Shown in pieces: positions 1-9,187 of a stretch of 64,000 nucleotides of DNA. Position 1 is the first letter of the stretch. Each line of letters starts with the position of its first letter. Source of the stretch: an uncultured Bacteroidia bacterium (GTDB lineage Bacteria > Bacteroidota > Bacteroidia > Bacteroidales > UBA932); assembly GCA_902801205.1 (NCBI GenBank), contig CADCHE010000015.1, positions 6,110 through 70,109 of the forward strand, read 5' to 3'. The translations under genes and the position numbers were made by a program. The notes under the pieces were generated by a model that saw nothing but the letters and a program-made list of their open reading frames with translations, had not been told where the DNA came from and did no database searches.

Positions 1-1055
1 TGTGCGGCATCATCGTCGCCAAGCCGGTGTCCTCTCCGTTCACCTTGTACAGTTTCATTGCGAAAGACTTCCTGACCATGGATCGGGAGGAAGGCAACGA
101 CCTGCTGTTTACCGACCGGAAGGGGAACGTCTACGGCGACGAAGCCTTGCCGCTGTTCTACCATTCGGTGCTGCATTCGCGCGGCGCGTTCCCGGACAGC
201 ATCGGCGGCCGGGCGGTCACGCGCGACGAAGTGAAACTGCACAACTACAACCTGTCGGAGAAACCTGCCAACGTCGACCGCATTGCGGCGAAGGCGTATC
301 TCCTGATGGAATCGGTGCCGCTCCGGCTCGAACTGCAGGATCCGGCCTACGGGATGGTATTCCGTAAGGATGGCCTTCATGTCTATGTCCTGGAGGACAA
401 CAGCCCGGATCCGGAAAAGTCTGCTGCGTTTACCCGTGCGCTGACGGAAGCGGGGTTCGTCTTCCCGGCTTCGCTGACTTCGGGCAACCCGACGCACCGG
501 AAAGAGTTCGACGAAGGATATCTCCTGACGGATGCTGCCGGCCGTCTCTTCCAGTTGAAGATGGTGGACGGTCAGCCGGAGGTCCGGCATTTCCCGGCCG
601 CCGACGCCCTCACGCTCACGTACATCTCGATCGTGGAGGTCTCCGACCACAGCGTGCTGGGGTATCTGTCCGATCGTGACGGGCACCTGGCCATCCTGCG
701 CCCCGACGGGACGGTGCTTCCGACGGAGGTGGTCTGGAATCCGTGCAAGGAACAGCTCTTCGTTGTCGGCGACATGTTCAACCATACGGTGAAAGTCTCC
801 GATCGCAGCGTCGACCGCTTCTATGCGCTCCGCTCCGACGACTTCTCGCTCATCGACACGATGGAGCGGGCTTATCCCGATCCTCCGGTCAACTTCAGCC
901 GCTGGTTCCTTCCGTGCCGGCTGAGTTTCGTGTCCGGCACCGACGGATATGTCCGTCCGCGCGTCCGCGATTTCTCCTGGGTCGGCCTGGCCGTCGACCT
1001 GGTGCTCCTGGCGGGCCTGTGGGCGCTGCGCCGCCGGCGGAATCCCCACAAATAG
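1..1055 (+). CDS. DUF4857-like membrane-anchored protein, 5'-truncated
   Basis: Frame is open from position 3 (CGIIVAKPVSSPFTLYS...), so the true start lies upstream of the window. Contains GNPTHRKEFDEGYLLTD and a C-terminal TM helix followed by RRRR. Family recalled from similar Bacteroidales TBDR/DUF4876 loci. Confidence 0.6.
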   Translation, partial: CGIIVAKPVSSPFTLYSFIAKDFLTMDREEGNDLLFTDRKGNVYGDEALPLFYHSVLHSRGAFPDSIGGRAVTRDEVKLHNYNLSEKPANVDRIAAKAYLLMESVPLRLELQDPAYGMVFRKDGLHVYVLEDNSPDPEKSAAFTRALTEAGFVFPASLTSGNPTHRKEFDEGYLLTDAAGRLFQLKMVDGQPEVRHFPAADALTLTYISIVEVSDHSVLGYLSDRDGHLAILRPDGTVLPTEVVWNPCKEQLFVVGDMFNHTVKVSDRSVDRFYALRSDDFSLIDTMERAYPDPPVNFSRWFLPCRLSFVSGTDGYVRPRVRDFSWVGLAVDLVLLAGLWALRRRRNPHK

Positions 1056-1113
1056 TTATCTGCATACCCGAAAATCCGCACAAGTTGGCATTGCCCGGGT
1101 AGGGGATTCCGCA

Positions 1114-1121
1114 TAACTTTG
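1114..1121 (+). promoter_or_regulatory. Bacteroidota -7 promoter element TAACTTTG upstream of the TonB receptor
   Basis: Exact TAnnTTTG match 26 nt before the TTG start at 1148. Confidence 0.6.
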
Positions 1122-1147
1122 CAACTTGTAAACGTGAAAAGCGGAAA

Positions 1148-3850
1148 TTGAAACGAACGAGCCTCATACTTCTCTTCCTCCTTGTCGTGCTGTCCGCACG
1201 GGCGCAACGGCAGGTGGAAGGGGTTGTGCTCGATGCTTCTTCCCGGATTCCCGTCGTCGGCGCCGCCGTCACCAGCGGCAAGGCCTGGGCGATCAGCGAT
1301 TCGCTCGGCCGCTTCTCGATCCGCGCCGACGGTGCGCTCACCATTACCTGCCTGGGGTACAAGACCCTGAAGACCCTTCCCCGCACGGACCGGACCTACC
1401 TTCTGCCCGTTGACCTGATGTCCCTGCGTGAAACGGTCATCACCGCGCGGGAGGACCACGGCCTGACGGCCACCTCGAAAATCGGGGAGGATGCCATTGC
1501 GCACATCCAGCCTTCTTCCATCGCGGACGTCCTGGAACTTTTGCCGGGCGGCCGTGCGGTGGATCCCGCCTTCGGCGCTCCGCAGATCGTCAACCTGCGC
1601 GCGGCCGGCTCGCTGAGTTCCGACTATGCGACTTCCGCCCTCGGAACGCGCTTCCTCGTGGATGGACGCCCGATCGGCGGCAATGCGAACCTGCAGTATT
1701 CTCCCGGCGCCAGCATGCTGGGCAGCAATTATGTGAACCTCGGAACGGATATGCGCACCCTGTCCACGGAAGACATCGAATCCGTGGAGGTGGTCCGCGG
1801 CATCGCCTCGGTCGAATACGGCGACCTGACGAGCGGCCTGTTCAAGATCAACCGCAAGCACGGCGGCAGGGACCTTCGCATGCGTTTCAAGTCCGACATG
1901 AAGTCGAAGCTCGTCTATGCCGGCAAAGGCTGGGAGTGGGGGAGCAAGGATCTGCTGACGATGAACGTGAGCGCCAACTTCCTCGATTCCCGTGCGGATC
2001 CGCGCAACCCCCGCCAGAACTACAAGCGTCTGACCGGCAGTTGGCGGGTGGGCAAAACCTGGAGTGAAGGCCGCGCCTTCACGCAGGTCCTGCATGCCAG
2101 TTTCGACTATACCGGGTCGTTCGACGACCAGAAATCCGACACCGACCTTGACAACGTGGACGGCAAGCCCATCGAGACCTATCGCTCCACGTACAACAAA
2201 TTCGCCCTCGCTGCCGACTACGCGCTCATGAACAAGTCCGCCGATGTGTTCTTCCGCTCCTTCAAGGTCAATGCTTCCTTCTCCCTGGAACGCGACCTGA
2301 TCGACCGCTGGAAGCATGTCGCGCTCGGTTCCGAACAGCCGCTTTTCACATCGCTGGACGAAGGCGTGCACGATGCGGTCGTCCTGCCCGCGACGTACGA
2401 CGCCACCTTGCAGGTCGACGGACGGCCTTTCTACGCGTACCTGCATGCGGTGGCCCATTTCCGGAAGGGGGGGCATTCCCTCATGGCCGGCGCCGACTGG
2501 AACATGGACAAGAATTTCGGCCAGGGTTCCATCTACGATACGTCCCGTCCGCTTTCTCCATCGATGAGTACGCGCCCGCGCGCGTTCAGCGCCATCCCGG
2601 CCAGCCATCAGTTCGCCCTGTTCGCGGAGGAGAATTCTTCCGTCAGCCTGGGAGCCTGGCGCCTGGAATGGCTGCTGGGCCTTCGCGTCAGTGCCCTGGC
2701 AGGGGCGGGAAGCGCCTATGACATCAATGGACGCCCCTGCTTCGATCCGCGCGCGAACCTGCGCGTCAACCTGCCTGAGCAGGTGGTCGGCGGATACCGG
2801 CTCCAGGCGGGCGTCTTCGGCGGTGTGGGCTGGCACTCGAAGTTCCCGACGATGGAGATGCTCCATCCGGAACCTATCTACCTGGATTACATTCAGTTGA
2901 GCTATTGGCCGACGAACAAGGAGCTCCGCCGGATGAATGTCCTGATGGTCAAGACCGATCCGACGAACTACGCACTCGGTCCGGCCCGCAACGTCAAGTA
3001 CGAACTCGGTGCCGACCTTTCCTGGAACGGGTTCTCCTTCAGTGTGGACGTGTTCCGGGAAGACATGACTTCCGGCTTCCGCGGTGGCAGCGCCCTCCGC
3101 GCCGTCCCGTACACCCGTTACGACGCTTCCGGCGTTCCCTCGTCTTCGCTGACGGCACCGCCGGCCCTGGAATCCCTGCCTTCGCAGCGGGATACCTCGC
3201 TCAGTGTATACGGCATGTCGACGAACGGCAGCCGTACCCTCAAGCAGGGTGTGGAGTTCACGTTCGCGTCCAAGCGGATCCCCGGCATCAACACCCGGAT
3301 CACGGCGAACGGCGCCTGGTTCGTCACCACGTACCGGAACAGCACGCCGGAACTCTATCGTCCTTCCATGGTGATCGACGGCCGCGTCTTTCCCTTCGTC
3401 GGGCTGTATGACATTACAGACGGATCCTCCCACGAGTCGCTCACGACCAACGTGATGCTGGACTCCCAGGTGCCCGACCTCGGACTGATCGTCTCCCTTT
3501 CGTTCCAGACGGTCTGGTACACCGATTATGAAACCCTGCTCAAGGACCCGCTGCCGGTCGGTTATTACGACAAGCAGCTGAACTACCACGTCTATACGAC
3601 GGCGATGCAGGAAGACCCCCTGCTGAAGAATTTCCACCGCGACTTCGCCTCGGTGGAATACGACTACCGCGTTCCTTTCGCGATGAACGTAAACCTTAAA
3701 TTGACGAAGAAACTGCTGCAGGACCGCATGTCCTGCTCGCTCTTCGTGAACCGGATCCTGGATGTCACACCCGACTATTACCAGAACGGTTTCCTGACAC
3801 GGCGGAACGTCGTGCCTTATTTCGGAATGGAATTGGATTTCAGGCTATGA
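1148..3850 (+). CDS. TonB-dependent receptor (900 aa)
   Basis: Signal peptide ending ARA-Q, N-terminal carboxypeptidase-regulatory-like domain, plug motif DIESVEVVRGIASVEYGDLTSG, alternating beta-strands, C-terminal MELDFRL. TTG start. Confidence 0.92.
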   Translation: MKRTSLILLFLLVVLSARAQRQVEGVVLDASSRIPVVGAAVTSGKAWAISDSLGRFSIRADGALTITCLGYKTLKTLPRTDRTYLLPVDLMSLRETVITAREDHGLTATSKIGEDAIAHIQPSSIADVLELLPGGRAVDPAFGAPQIVNLRAAGSLSSDYATSALGTRFLVDGRPIGGNANLQYSPGASMLGSNYVNLGTDMRTLSTEDIESVEVVRGIASVEYGDLTSGLFKINRKHGGRDLRMRFKSDMKSKLVYAGKGWEWGSKDLLTMNVSANFLDSRADPRNPRQNYKRLTGSWRVGKTWSEGRAFTQVLHASFDYTGSFDDQKSDTDLDNVDGKPIETYRSTYNKFALAADYALMNKSADVFFRSFKVNASFSLERDLIDRWKHVALGSEQPLFTSLDEGVHDAVVLPATYDATLQVDGRPFYAYLHAVAHFRKGGHSLMAGADWNMDKNFGQGSIYDTSRPLSPSMSTRPRAFSAIPASHQFALFAEENSSVSLGAWRLEWLLGLRVSALAGAGSAYDINGRPCFDPRANLRVNLPEQVVGGYRLQAGVFGGVGWHSKFPTMEMLHPEPIYLDYIQLSYWPTNKELRRMNVLMVKTDPTNYALGPARNVKYELGADLSWNGFSFSVDVFREDMTSGFRGGSALRAVPYTRYDASGVPSSSLTAPPALESLPSQRDTSLSVYGMSTNGSRTLKQGVEFTFASKRIPGINTRITANGAWFVTTYRNSTPELYRPSMVIDGRVFPFVGLYDITDGSSHESLTTNVMLDSQVPDLGLIVSLSFQTVWYTDYETLLKDPLPVGYYDKQLNYHVYTTAMQEDPLLKNFHRDFASVEYDYRVPFAMNVNLKLTKKLLQDRMSCSLFVNRILDVTPDYYQNGFLTRRNVVPYFGMELDFRL

Positions 3851-4242
3851 TGAGAAGCGTGTTTTCCTATGTTGCCGCCGTGGTCCTGTTCCTGACGCTC
3901 TCGGGCTGTTCGAAGGAACGGCAGGTGTTCTGCGACCTCACGCTGCGCCTCGTGCAGCCGGACGGCCTGCAGGCCGTGACGGTGCGTATCGACAACACGC
4001 TGCCCGGCAATGTCCTGCGTAACTACAATACCGGGCAGAACTATGATTTCCCGCTCTTTGTCAACGGAGCGGCCAATCTCCGCGTCCTGAAAGGCGTCTA
4101 CCTGATCGCTTTCGACGGCGTGGCCACGCTTTCGGACGGTTCGGTGCGGACCTTCCGGTTCTCCGGATACAATGCGCCCGACAAGGCCGTTTCCATCCTG
4201 GATGATGTGCAGACCGTAGAATTGGAGGTGCGTGCCCTATGA
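3847..4242 (+). CDS. Small hypothetical lipoprotein (131 aa)
   Basis: Lipobox LSGC; ATGA overlaps with both neighbours; beta-strand-rich mature part. Confidence 0.8.
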   Translation: MMRSVFSYVAAVVLFLTLSGCSKERQVFCDLTLRLVQPDGLQAVTVRIDNTLPGNVLRNYNTGQNYDFPLFVNGAANLRVLKGVYLIAFDGVATLSDGSVRTFRFSGYNAPDKAVSILDDVQTVELEVRAL

Positions 4243-5705
4243 TACGGAGGAAGTTCATATCGACGCTCGTGCTGTCTGTCCTGATGTGCTTTGCGGCGGC
4301 TGCGCAGGATTTCTCCGCAGGCGCGCTGCTGTATCCCGGCCAGGCCGACAGTTCGGACGTCGCCGCCGGCTGGCGCTTCCGTTCGGAAGACCGCGCTCGC
4401 GTGGTACAGGAAGGCCGCGGCTTGAGCGAAGGCTTCTTCGACGCGCATACGCTTCTCCATCTGTCCGGGCATTCCGCACTTCGGGGTTCCGCCACGTACC
4501 GCCGCGGTGTGAAACGGGGCGTCCGGTGGAACTCCACCTCTGATTTCGATTTGCTCTTCCCCTACGTGCTGGCCGATTCGGTCGGCGGAGACCTGCAGAC
4601 GGAAACCTATGCCTTCGGCGGCGCCTATGCCCGTCGGCTCGGTGACTGGACGGCCGGTCTCTCCGGAAATTACCGAGCCTTGCACGAATACCGGCAGGTC
4701 GATCCGCGCCCCCGGAACATCACTTCCGATTTCGAGGTCGATGCCTCCGGCGGCAGGGTCCTGGGTGCTTATGCATTGGATCTCACCCTGGGCTACCGGC
4801 GTTATTTCCAGTCGCAGACGGTCTCCTTCATCAACCAGCGCGGCGCGAATACCACCGAGTTCCACATGACCGGCCTCGGCAGCCATTTCGGCCGCTTCAT
4901 GGGCACCAGCGCCTATACGTCGACCTATTATCGCGGTCAGGGATTCCGCGCCGGCGCCTCTTTCTCCGCCCTTTCCGACGACGGATGGCGGGGGAGCGTG
5001 TTCTTCAGTCATACCGCCTTCGTGCGCCATCTGGTGAACCAGAACCAGGCGCCCATCACCCGGCTCGGCGTCAGCCGCCTGACGGCCAGCCTGTATTGGC
5101 TTTCGCACCGGGGGAACAACCTCCTGCAGGCCGGGGGTGACGTCGCCTGTTCGCTTCGCAGCGGCTCGGAGAACGTCATCTCCAATATGTCTACCGGCAG
5201 TTTCGGTACGCTGATGTCGCTGCCGATGTATGAACGGAAATCATTGGATGCCAGGATATTCGGTGATTATCACCACCCTGTTGACACCCGCAGCGGATTC
5301 GCGCTCCGTCCGACGCTGTACGTGCGGGCCTCCCGGGCGGAACATGTCTATCCGGCCCGCATGGCCGAGATGCTGGTGCTTGCCGCTACGGTCCGTGCAG
5401 GATATGACCGGACCTTCCCTTCTTCCTGGCGCCTGGACGCCGGACTGACCGCGGGTGTCTCTGCCTCTCCTGCGCACGACTTGTCCCTGCCGGAGGCGCA
5501 CACGATGCCCCGGCTGCTGGAAGACATGCGTCTTCAGTACGGGGTGCTGACGGACACGCGCGCGGACGCCGGCGCCGATGTCCGGATCTCCCGTTCCGCG
5601 GGCGGTAAGATGCGGGTGTATCTCCGAGGGATTTATCTCCGGTCCTTCTATGCCGGCGGATATGCCGCACGCCATGCGGCCTGTGCCGTCGGATTGTGCT
5701 TTTAA
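4239..5705 (+). CDS. Outer-membrane beta-barrel protein, DUF6850-like (488 aa)
   Basis: Signal peptide ending AAAA-Q, amphipathic Gly/aromatic strands, C-terminal Phe (VGLCF), no plug motif. Confidence 0.7.
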   Translation: MIRRKFISTLVLSVLMCFAAAAQDFSAGALLYPGQADSSDVAAGWRFRSEDRARVVQEGRGLSEGFFDAHTLLHLSGHSALRGSATYRRGVKRGVRWNSTSDFDLLFPYVLADSVGGDLQTETYAFGGAYARRLGDWTAGLSGNYRALHEYRQVDPRPRNITSDFEVDASGGRVLGAYALDLTLGYRRYFQSQTVSFINQRGANTTEFHMTGLGSHFGRFMGTSAYTSTYYRGQGFRAGASFSALSDDGWRGSVFFSHTAFVRHLVNQNQAPITRLGVSRLTASLYWLSHRGNNLLQAGGDVACSLRSGSENVISNMSTGSFGTLMSLPMYERKSLDARIFGDYHHPVDTRSGFALRPTLYVRASRAEHVYPARMAEMLVLAATVRAGYDRTFPSSWRLDAGLTAGVSASPAHDLSLPEAHTMPRLLEDMRLQYGVLTDTRADAGADVRISRSAGGKMRVYLRGIYLRSFYAGGYAARHAACAVGLCF

Positions 5706-5735
5706 TGAAATGATTAACAATAAACCATACAGGTA

Positions 5736-7175
5736 ATGAAAAAGATTTTGACGTTATTCGCGACGGCCGCGCTCCTGGTTACCGGGTGCGGCCATGACAT
5801 GGACTCCTATGTGGAGATTTCGCCCAATGCGCTGGAAGCGCTGAAAGAGGGCGGTGAACTGACGATCCAGGTCCATTCCAATACGCAGTGGTCCTTTGTC
5901 GGTGACAACCAGGCTTGGTACACTGCATCTCCCGTTTCCGGTGAAGGCGACGGCACCGTCGTCCTGACCCTGGAACCCAATACGACGGCCGCGCCCCGCG
6001 CCGCTGCCTTCCGGGTTGCTGCTTTCGGCATTTCCGCCGAAGGAACGCTGGTCCAGGCTGCCCCCGCCCCTCCGGCATCCGTGACCGAGAATACCCTCAA
6101 TGTGATCCGCGCAGGCGGTCCGTATGACGTACAACTTCCTGCAGGATATACTTTTACCGCGGAAAGTGCGGAGGATTGGGTGAGGGTGACCGGTACGGAT
6201 GCCGAAGGGCACCTTGCGCTCGAATTCGCGGCCAATCCCACTGCTGAGAACCGTACCGCGACGGTGACGGCCAAACTGACCGACGGATCTGTCCTGGCGA
6301 ACATCGATGTCGTCCAGAGCTGGCGGAACATCGAACCCGGCGAAATGCTGATCGAGGAAATCTTCTTCGCCAGCACGCTGATCCCCGAGTCCACTGGCAC
6401 CTATGGTGACCAGTATGTCAAGCTGACCAACAATTCGGACCATACGCTCTACGCCGACGGCCTGTCCCTGGTCATCAGCTCCTACGACTCGCAGACTTCG
6501 AGCGCCGGCGCCTACTGGGCTCCGCCGGAACTGCCCGGAGCGATCGGTGTCAAGACGATCTACCGGATCCCCGGTGCCGGCCGTGATGTCCCTGTCGAAC
6601 CCGGCGCTTCGCTGGTCATCGCCGTCGATGCGCAGAACTATTCCGCGGAAGGCGGTGTCGGCATCGACCTTTCCAAGGCGGACTTCGAGTTCAACGATGT
6701 CAATGAAATCCATCCGGACATCGACAACCCTGACGTTCCCGACATGGACTGCTGGGTCCGTTCTTCCGTAACCATCACGTCCCTGCACAACCGTGGTTAC
6801 GGCAGCTTCGCCATCGTTACCTTCCCGACGACGCTGAGCAGCGAGTCCTTCTTCGCGGACTATGCCTGGAAGGACAATGAGGACTTCTGGTTCCGTGGAA
6901 CCATCTTCCGCACCCGCCAGATCCTCGACGGCAACTATACCATTCCCAACGCCTGGGTCGTTGACGGCGTGAACTGTGGTGTCGAAGAATACTTCCGTAC
7001 GCCTTCGTTCAACGAGACCGTCGATGCCGGCTACACGGGTTGCGGAAAGGTTGACGGCGATCCCGACCGCTTCGGCAAGTGCCCGCGCCGCAAGGTGCAG
7101 AACGGCAAGCTCGTGGATACGAACAACTCGACCAACGATTTCGACCGCGACGCAAAACCTTCCCTCGCGAAGTAA
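5736..7175 (+). CDS. Lipoprotein with two N-terminal BACON-like domains and a DUF4876 domain (479 aa)
   Basis: Lipobox VTGC; BACON-like segments ([25 protein letters not shown]; WVRV...[14 protein letters not shown]); DUF4876-type motifs [30 protein letters not shown]. Confidence 0.8.
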   Translation: MKKILTLFATAALLVTGCGHDMDSYVEISPNALEALKEGGELTIQVHSNTQWSFVGDNQAWYTASPVSGEGDGTVVLTLEPNTTAAPRAAAFRVAAFGISAEGTLVQAAPAPPASVTENTLNVIRAGGPYDVQLPAGYTFTAESAEDWVRVTGTDAEGHLALEFAANPTAENRTATVTAKLTDGSVLANIDVVQSWRNIEPGEMLIEEIFFASTLIPESTGTYGDQYVKLTNNSDHTLYADGLSLVISSYDSQTSSAGAYWAPPELPGAIGVKTIYRIPGAGRDVPVEPGASLVIAVDAQNYSAEGGVGIDLSKADFEFNDVNEIHPDIDNPDVPDMDCWVRSSVTITSLHNRGYGSFAIVTFPTTLSSESFFADYAWKDNEDFWFRGTIFRTRQILDGNYTIPNAWVVDGVNCGVEEYFRTPSFNETVDAGYTGCGKVDGDPDRFGKCPRRKVQNGKLVDTNNSTNDFDRDAKPSLAK

Positions 7176-7190
7176 TCCGTCGGTTTGAAG

Positions 7191-7230
7191 AAAGACCGGC
7201 CTGCAGATGCAGGCCGGTCTTTTTTCTTTC
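7191..7230 (+). terminator. Intrinsic terminator, probably bidirectional
   Basis: Perfect 15-bp inverted repeat AAAGACCGGCCTGCA-GA-TGCAGGCCGGTCTTT followed by a T-tract, just after the DUF4876 stop. Confidence 0.85.
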
Positions 7231-7242
7231 AGGAACATTTTT

Positions 7243-7250
7243 TATTTTTG
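7243..7250 (+). promoter_or_regulatory. -7 promoter element TATTTTTG for upp
   Basis: TAnnTTTG match 17 nt before the ATG at 7268. Confidence 0.55.
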
Positions 7251-7267
7251 TGAAAACTATTTCTGCG

Positions 7268-7897
7268 ATGAGTCAAGTTCACGTAATCAATCATCCGATG
7301 ATCCAGCACAAGCTGACGATCATGCGCGACAAGCAGACCGGGTCCAAGGACTTCCGGGAACTGTTGAAAGAGATCTCCCTGCTGATGGGGTACGAAATCA
7401 CCCGTGACATTCCGCTCGAAGACGTCGAGATAGAGACGCCGATCTGCAAGATGACTGCGAAGGAAGTTTCCGGCCGCAAGCTGGCCATCGTCCCCATCCT
7501 CCGTGCCGGCATGGGAATGGTGGAAGGCCTCCTGTCGCTCGTCCCTGTCGCAAAGGTCGGCCATATCGGCCTGTATCGCAACGAGGAGACGCACAAGCCT
7601 GTCGTGTATTACTGCAAACTGCCCGAAGACATCCAGGATCGCCTTGTCATTGTCACCGACCCGATGCTTGCCACCGGCGGAAGCGCCTGCGATGCGGTTT
7701 CGATGCTGAAGGAACGTGGCTGCACGAACATCCGGCTGATGTGCCTGGTGGCCGTCCCCGAGGGCCTTTCGAAAGTACAGACGGAGCATCCCGACGTGGA
7801 CATCTACGTGGCGGCCGTAGACGACCATCTGAACGAGAACGCCTACATCGTTCCCGGCCTCGGTGATGCCGGAGACCGCATTTTCGGAACGAAGTAA
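7268..7897 (+). CDS. upp: Uracil phosphoribosyltransferase
   Basis: [31 protein letters not shown] motif [26 protein letters not shown]. Start moved to 7268. Confidence 0.97.
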   Translation: MSQVHVINHPMIQHKLTIMRDKQTGSKDFRELLKEISLLMGYEITRDIPLEDVEIETPICKMTAKEVSGRKLAIVPILRAGMGMVEGLLSLVPVAKVGHIGLYRNEETHKPVVYYCKLPEDIQDRLVIVTDPMLATGGSACDAVSMLKERGCTNIRLMCLVAVPEGLSKVQTEHPDVDIYVAAVDDHLNENAYIVPGLGDAGDRIFGTK

Positions 7898-7900
7898 CCG

Positions 7901-8311
7901 TTACCGGCAGTCCGGGCACACGCCCTTGACGAGGTAGGTCGCCGATTCCGCCGCGAACCCTTCCGGCAGTTCGACTTTCGGAAGGGGGATGCGTTCCATG
8001 CAGAAGGTCCGTCCGCATTTCAGGCAGTGGAAATGGAGGTGGGCGTCATCGTCTTCCTCGTGGTCGTGGCTGTGGCACAGTTCGTACCGCACGCCGTCTT
8101 CCTCTTCGATCGTGTGAACGAGTTTTTTCTCCCGGAAGAGGACCAGGGTGCGGAAAATACCGGATTTGTCGATGGTTTCCAGCCGGTCTTCCAGATCGGC
8201 CATGGTCAGGGGGAAGCCCGCTTCCGCGAGAGTGGAAGCGATGCGCTGGCGGTTGGCTGTCGGTTTGATGCCGTGTTCCTCCAGCAAGCGGGTGATGTCC
8301 TTTGCGCTCAT
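7901..8311 (-). CDS. Fur-family metal-responsive transcriptional regulator
   Basis: GIKPTANR N-terminal wHTH, HLHFHCLKCG, terminal GVCPDC, His/Asp-rich loop HSHDHEEDDDAH. Confidence 0.9.
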   Translation of the reverse strand: MSAKDITRLLEEHGIKPTANRQRIASTLAEAGFPLTMADLEDRLETIDKSGIFRTLVLFREKKLVHTIEEEDGVRYELCHSHDHEEDDDAHLHFHCLKCGRTFCMERIPLPKVELPEGFAAESATYLVKGVCPDCR

Positions 8312-8315
8312 GATA

Positions 8316-8323
8316 CAAAGATA
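8316..8323 (-). promoter_or_regulatory. -7 promoter element TATCTTTG for the Fur-family gene
   Basis: Minus-strand TAnnTTTG only 4 nt upstream of the ATG. Confidence 0.55.
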
Positions 8324-8347
8324 ACGATTTTACTTTTTGGTTGAGAC

Positions 8348-9181
8348 ATGAAGAATACGGAGAAAGGACACGTCGTCCTTGTCACAGGCGGGAGCAGCGG
8401 CATCGGCGCTGCTACTGTCAAGCTCCTGTCGGAAGCGGGGTTCACCGTCTATGCGGCTTCCCGGAGCGGCCGCCTGCCGGAAGGATGCCAGGCCGGTCCC
8501 ACGCTGCTTCCGCTGGTCATGGATGTCAATGACGAGGCCGCCGTACGGTCCGGTGTTGAACGGATCGTCTCGGAACAGGGGAGGATCGACGCCGTCGTCT
8601 GCAATGCGGGCAACGGCATCGCCGGACCGGTTGAAGAAACCTCCGTCGCGGAAATGCACGCGCAGTTCGAGACGACGTTTTTCGGCGTCGCACGTACCAT
8701 CCGCGCCTGCGCTCCGTTTTTCCGCGCGCAGGGGAGCGGCCGGGTCATCACGGTCTCTTCCGTCGCCGCCGTCGCGCCGCTGCCTTTCCAGGCTTTTTAT
8801 TCCGCGGCCAAAGCGGGCATCCTCCAACTGACCAAGGCCCTTTCGATTGAAATGCGTACATTCGGCGTCCAGTGTTGCTGCATCCTGCCCGGAGACGTCA
8901 AGACCGGTTTCACCGCTGCGCGTCGTATCGCCGCGGCCGCGCAGGATCCCGCTTCTCCGTACCGGGAGATGACGGTCCGCTCGCTTGCGCAAATGGAAAA
9001 GGACGAACAGCGCGAAGGCATGGCCCCTCCCGTCATCGCCTCCGCCGTCCTGCGACAGCTCCGGCGGAAAAAAATGCGTCCGGAATGTGTTCCGGGCGCA
9101 TTGTATGCCTTCCTTGTGCCGGTGATCCGGCTGCTGCCGGAGCGGTTGGTCCTCCGGGTTATCGGGAAGATGTACCTCTAG
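8348..9181 (+). CDS. Classical short-chain dehydrogenase/reductase
   Basis: TGGSSGIG cofactor motif, NAG, catalytic YSAAK, PGDVKTGF. Confidence 0.92.
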   Translation: MKNTEKGHVVLVTGGSSGIGAATVKLLSEAGFTVYAASRSGRLPEGCQAGPTLLPLVMDVNDEAAVRSGVERIVSEQGRIDAVVCNAGNGIAGPVEETSVAEMHAQFETTFFGVARTIRACAPFFRAQGSGRVITVSSVAAVAPLPFQAFYSAAKAGILQLTKALSIEMRTFGVQCCCILPGDVKTGFTAARRIAAAAQDPASPYREMTVRSLAQMEKDEQREGMAPPVIASAVLRQLRRKKMRPECVPGALYAFLVPVIRLLPERLVLRVIGKMYL

Positions 9182-9187
9182 GCCGTT

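Noticed and set aside
872-3637. 921-aa minus-strand ORF, and similar long antisense ORFs (14005-16413, 36732-39119, 47452-49773, 12104-13951, 25831-27849, 50377-52209)
   Set aside because: Shadow frames opposite well-supported genes. High GC3 removes antisense stops, and the translations show no motifs or signal peptides.
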